Below, piece after piece: positions 16,197 to 19,787 of a stretch of DNA of 19,787 bases (the stretch's first letter is position 1; each line of letters starts with the position of its first letter). The position numbers were made by a program, and so were the translations under genes. The stretch comes from an uncultured delta proteobacterium. GTDB lineage: Bacteria > Desulfobacterota > WTBG01 > CAIYCZ01. The notes under the pieces are model-generated. The model ran no database searches. It saw only the letters and a program-made list of their open reading frames with translations, and had not been told where the DNA came from. The DNA is taken from positions 1 through 19,787 of the forward strand of contig CAWDOY010000013.1 in the NCBI GenBank assembly GCA_963803975.1, read 5' to 3'.

Positions 16197-18730
16197 TCAC
16201 TGGAACCCTGGACCCCTCTCGCCGCGCTGTCGCTCTGGCGCAGCGGGTGAATCCTTGAACCCGCTGGATTCTTTTCCGCCGGTTATGAATTTAGGTTTAA
16301 ACAGTAAAATAAAGCTCGGGATAATGGTGAGTGAAAATACCATGTTCAGCAGCAGCACGATTCCCAGCAGCATGCCCATCAGGGCCTGGAACATGAGCTT
16401 TGAAAGAAACCAGAAGGCAATCCCGCACACAATGGTGGTGGCGATATACATGATGGCCTTGCCGGTTGTTCCCATGGCGATGATCACCGACTCATTAAGA
16501 TTCTTATTCTTGCGGTATTCCTCTATGACTCTACTAAAAAAGTATATACCATAGTCAACGCCGAGCCCGATGCTCACCGCGGCTACCGGAAGCGTCGCCG
16601 TGGTCATGGGGATCTGCGGGTCGCTCAGCACCATTAATGCATAGACCAGGCTGTTTGCAAGAATAAGCGGAAGGCAGTTGAGAATGCCGGCAAAAATGGA
16701 TTTGAAAGCTATGGCACAGAATATAAATACCGTGAGTATTGCCAGGATAAACGTCCAGAACCCGTACATGACCAGCGCCTCGTTTATTGCGGCCTGGATA
16801 CCCACCGTGCCGCCTGCCATCCGGTAATGAACCTGCGGGACCCCGGGCACTGGCGGCTTCTCAGGCATCGGCGCCGGAGCACCCCTGAACACTGTCTCAA
16901 GCCAGTACACAAACTTGTCAAATCCGTGCCGTTCCACATCCCTGGAGCGTTTGCCGAAAACCGAATGATCCCTGATATATTCTTTGACCCGATCCGTGAC
17001 AATTTTTATGGTTTCAGTTGTTTTATCCCTGCAGTAAATGATGATATTGGTCTTTTTATCACTGGCATCCACGTACATGTCCCAGGTGCCGGGGCCGGCG
17101 CCATCAACAAGATTCCGGTAAATTGCCCGCAACTGATCATCGTTAGTGGGTGTGAAGTAACAGTTGAAGTCATTGTCCCGCATCATCTGATTATAGGTCG
17201 GTATTGCCATCAGATACGACATCGCCACCATCACGCGCATGTCCGGTGTCCGCTCCATGTAGCGCAGAAAGTTCAGGATGTCCCGTATGACTGTGGTGTT
17301 GGCAATGTCCATGTTCTTCTCGCCTTCAACGATAACATAGAGGGGATTAAGCATGGGCATGGCAAAGGTGATTCTGAAGGAATCCACATTGTAGCGGTGC
17401 CAGGGCCACAGGACCTCAGACCCCGGAACTGCATTGCCGATGGTAACCCTGTTGATATATGGCATTGACCAGATGAGGAGCAGTATTGAAACAACAAGCA
17501 CGGTATATTTGCCCCAGCCGGTGAGCCATACCCCCACCCCTTTGAGAAGTTTATCCAGCATGCCGGCACCTTCTGGACGGGCTTTCAGGGGCATGTATGA
17601 AAGAAGTATCGGCACCAGCAGGAAGGCAATGGCTGCGGTGGCAAATGCCCAGAACGCGCATGACAGGCATATTTTCTGACAGGATGGGAATCGGCGTGAC
17701 TGCGATAACAAAAATCCCCGAAGCGTCAGTCAGCACGCCGGCCATGCCGGGCACAAACAGTGATGCAATCACATTTTTGCACGCTGTTTCGCACTTCGCC
17801 TGTGATGTATGCTTCCTCCATGTATCGTTTAACGACCTGTACCGAGTGCGAGGCAGCCATGGCGGCTATAAGAAACGGGAATACCAGCACCAGCGGGTCA
17901 AGGTTGTATTTCAGCAGGGTTAAAAATCCCAGCCCCCAAATAGCGCTTACGGTAGCTGCCAGCATCGGCAGAAACATTCCCCGCATCGTCCGGAAATAGA
18001 TGAAAAAGACCGCCATCATGGCAATGACCGTACAGGCAAGAATTTTCAAAACATCCTTAACATAATAGTCAACATATCCCAGGTGCAAAGGCTCGCCGGC
18101 GATGGCAATAATATGATTCTTATCCTCATATTTTTCCCGCAGCGCCTTGAGTTCTTTATAAGGAGACACGATAATCCAGCTGCTCTTCAAAAAAATCCAC
18201 CGTTATCGAGCGCCTTTTTGCTGTCCAGGGAGACCAGACCGGGATATGCCATGGGACTGCCATAGACATTTTTCCTGAGCTCTTTGAGCTGCTCCGGGGT
18301 TTTGGGCACCTCCGGCCACATCATGGATTCTTAACGGACATGCCCCCGGAAGTCATTTCGATGTTTTTCACCTTGTCACTTGCCAGAGACATTATTTTAT
18401 AGCGGTCCACGGCATTAAACTTCAGCAGGTCCCTGGTTATGGAGCGGATGATGTTCAGGGTCTCGGTGTTGAATACGTCATCGTACTTGCCACCGTCTTC
18501 CCGGTCGCGAACCTGAACCATGATGTATACCTGATTGCCGCCGCCGAATGTGGGAGCGAATTTCATTATGGAGCTTTACTATATTCATGATTTTGCGGCA
18601 GCAGGTCGGAAAAGACAGTTTTGACGGTGAGGTTCGTGACCGCTTCATAGAGGAAGAATATGGTCATCAGGATCAACACTGAAAGGACTGCCAGCCGGTT
18701 ATCTATGATAAAGTTTGCCAGGCGTTTCAT
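16197..18730 (-). CDS. MMPL/RND-superfamily transporter (~840 aa reconstructed), broken by ~7 indels in its 5' part
   Basis: ATG 18730 gives MKRLANFIIDNR...VFSDLLPQNHEY. Fragments FGGGNQVY, IAGEP, LDPLVLVFPFLIAAMAASHSVQ, PGMAGVLTDASG, PIPIL and GLGVDYGIY join across shifts at ~18580, 18553, 18331, 18207, 18161, 17790 and 17679. Confidence 0.88.
16201..16270. repeat. Octamer array (TGGAACCC-type) with palindromic insert inside the 3' end of the MMPL CDS
   Basis: TGGAACCC TGGACCCC, insert CTCGCCGCGCTGTCGCTCTGGCGCAGCGGG (16218-16247), TGAATCC TTGAACCC. Same unit type as 13434-13459. Confidence 0.6.
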
Positions 18731-18767
18731 ACTATATTTTCTGCCTCTGCTGTTGGTTGAAAGGTGC

Positions 18768-19787
18768 TCATTCTACGCCACCCCCGAACTCAAGTCCTTT
18801 GGGCATCTCGAAAAATTTCATGGCATAGGAAAGGCCTGAGCAGAACTCCCACGTATTCCCGCCGTCGGTTGTATGGACGACTAATCCGCCTGCGCCCACT
18901 ACCCAGCCGTTTTGCGGGCTGCTGAAGCATACATAGCGGAACGGCTGTTTTGCCTTGATGGCCTCTTCCGGCCGTGTCCAGGTAGTACCCCCTGTCACCA
19001 GACATGAGGTAGGTGCCCTTATCCCCACCGCCCATCCTCTGCCGTATTTTATAAGGATGGTGTACAGGGTGTGTTTGGTAGGTACCGGCAGAACATCCCA
19101 GGTAGCCCCACCGTCGGTTGTTTTTATTATGGTGCCTGATATCCCGCAGGCCCATCCAATGTTTTTTTCAGTAAAACAGATACCAAAAAGGGACGGCGGA
19201 GGATTTTCAAGCTGTTCTTCCAGAGATGCCCGTTCAAAGGCTTTGGGAACCTGCGGGGTCCATGTCGCGCCGCCATCGGTTGTGTGCAGGAGCAAGCCGC
19301 GCTCGCCGACCAGCCAGCCGTTCTGCGCGTCCACAAAAAACATATTATTGAAGCTCTTGTCAATTTCTTTACTCTGGCGCGACCAGGTGGTGCCGCCGTC
19401 AATGGTATGGATAATAGTCCCCCACTCGCCGACCGCCCATCCGTTGTTCTTATCCGCAAAAAAGATGCCGAAGAGGTGCCGTTTGGTGCCGGTGTTCTGC
19501 CTGGTCCAGCGGGCGCCGCCATCAGTCGTGTGCAGAATCGTTCCGTTAATCCCGACCACCCACCCGGTCCGGCTATCGAGAAAAACCCCCGAACAGAGGG
19601 TAGCTTGGCTTTCGCCGGAATTCTGCGGCGCCCAGTTTCTGCCCCCGTCTGATGAGTGATAGATGGTGCCGAAGGCGCCGGTAACCCAGATATTGTTATC
19701 ATCCGGAGCAATGACGCAGTGCAGGTTTTCCCGGGTTATCATCTTAATGTCCGGCACTTTCATCTTCTGCTCGGACCGTGAACAGGC
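18768..19787 (-). CDS. YCF48-related BNR-repeat beta-propeller protein (likely lipoprotein), 5'-truncated by the window
   Basis: Repeated GW(A/V)VG..G.I.HT.DGG.TW units. Frame stays open to the window edge (ACSRSEQKMKVP). Compensating indels at ~19025 and ~18993 scramble one repeat. Confidence 0.92.
   Translation of the reverse strand, partial: ACSRSEQKMKVPDIKMITRENLHCVIAPDDNNIWVTGAFGTIYHSSDGGRNWAPQNSGESQATLCSGVFLDSRTGWVVGINGTILHTTDGGARWTRQNTGTKRHLFGIFFADKNNGWAVGEWGTIIHTIDGGTTWSRQSKEIDKSFNNMFFVDAQNGWLVGERGLLLHTTDGGATWTPQVPKAFERASLEEQLENPPPSLFGICFTEKNIGWACGISGTIIKTTDGGATWDVLPVPTKHTLYTILIKYGRGWAVGIRAPTSCLVTGGTTWTRPEEAIKAKQPFRYVCFSSPQNGWVVGAGGLVVHTTDGGNTWEFCSGLSYAMKFFEMPKGLEFGGGVE

Noticed and set aside
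17551..18566. Several small independent membrane-protein ORFs
   Set aside because: They join into one MMPL reading frame after indel correction. Programmed frameshifting is implausible at seven sites without consistent slippery motifs.

Overview
Bacterial chromosomal window of moderate GC. The gene content (hybrid kinase, iron-sulfur flavoproteins, 2[4Fe-4S] ferredoxin, DUF169, QueG-like) and repeat style suggest an anaerobic Gram-negative organism such as Desulfobacterota; this is an inference. Left half: 3' end of a frameshifted hybrid His kinase, an alpha/beta-hydrolase lipoprotein, a 7TM protein plus geranylgeranyl-reductase-like flavoprotein, a YjgR/DUF853 ATPase, a GNAT and a divergent QueG-like protein. 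Right half (8.7-19.8 kb) is one minus-strand run: YCF48-like beta-propeller, MMPL/RND transporter, two DUF169 proteins, ferredoxin, Cys-rich V4R-like protein, SDR, a second 7TM paralog, a ligand-less cupredoxin-like protein, and two iron-sulfur flavoproteins bracketing an MntA/HepT toxin-antitoxin pair flanked by a duplicated TTGACA-containing repeat. Intergenic spaces hold a REP doublet, nested palindromic mini-elements, inverted 7/8-mer arrays and a MITE. About 11 indels break four genes, clustered at 17.7-19.0 kb, and look like long-read error. The best novelty candidates are the uptake + DUF169/ferredoxin/SDR/7TM cluster and the pair of 7TM proteins with a conserved TM7 lysine.
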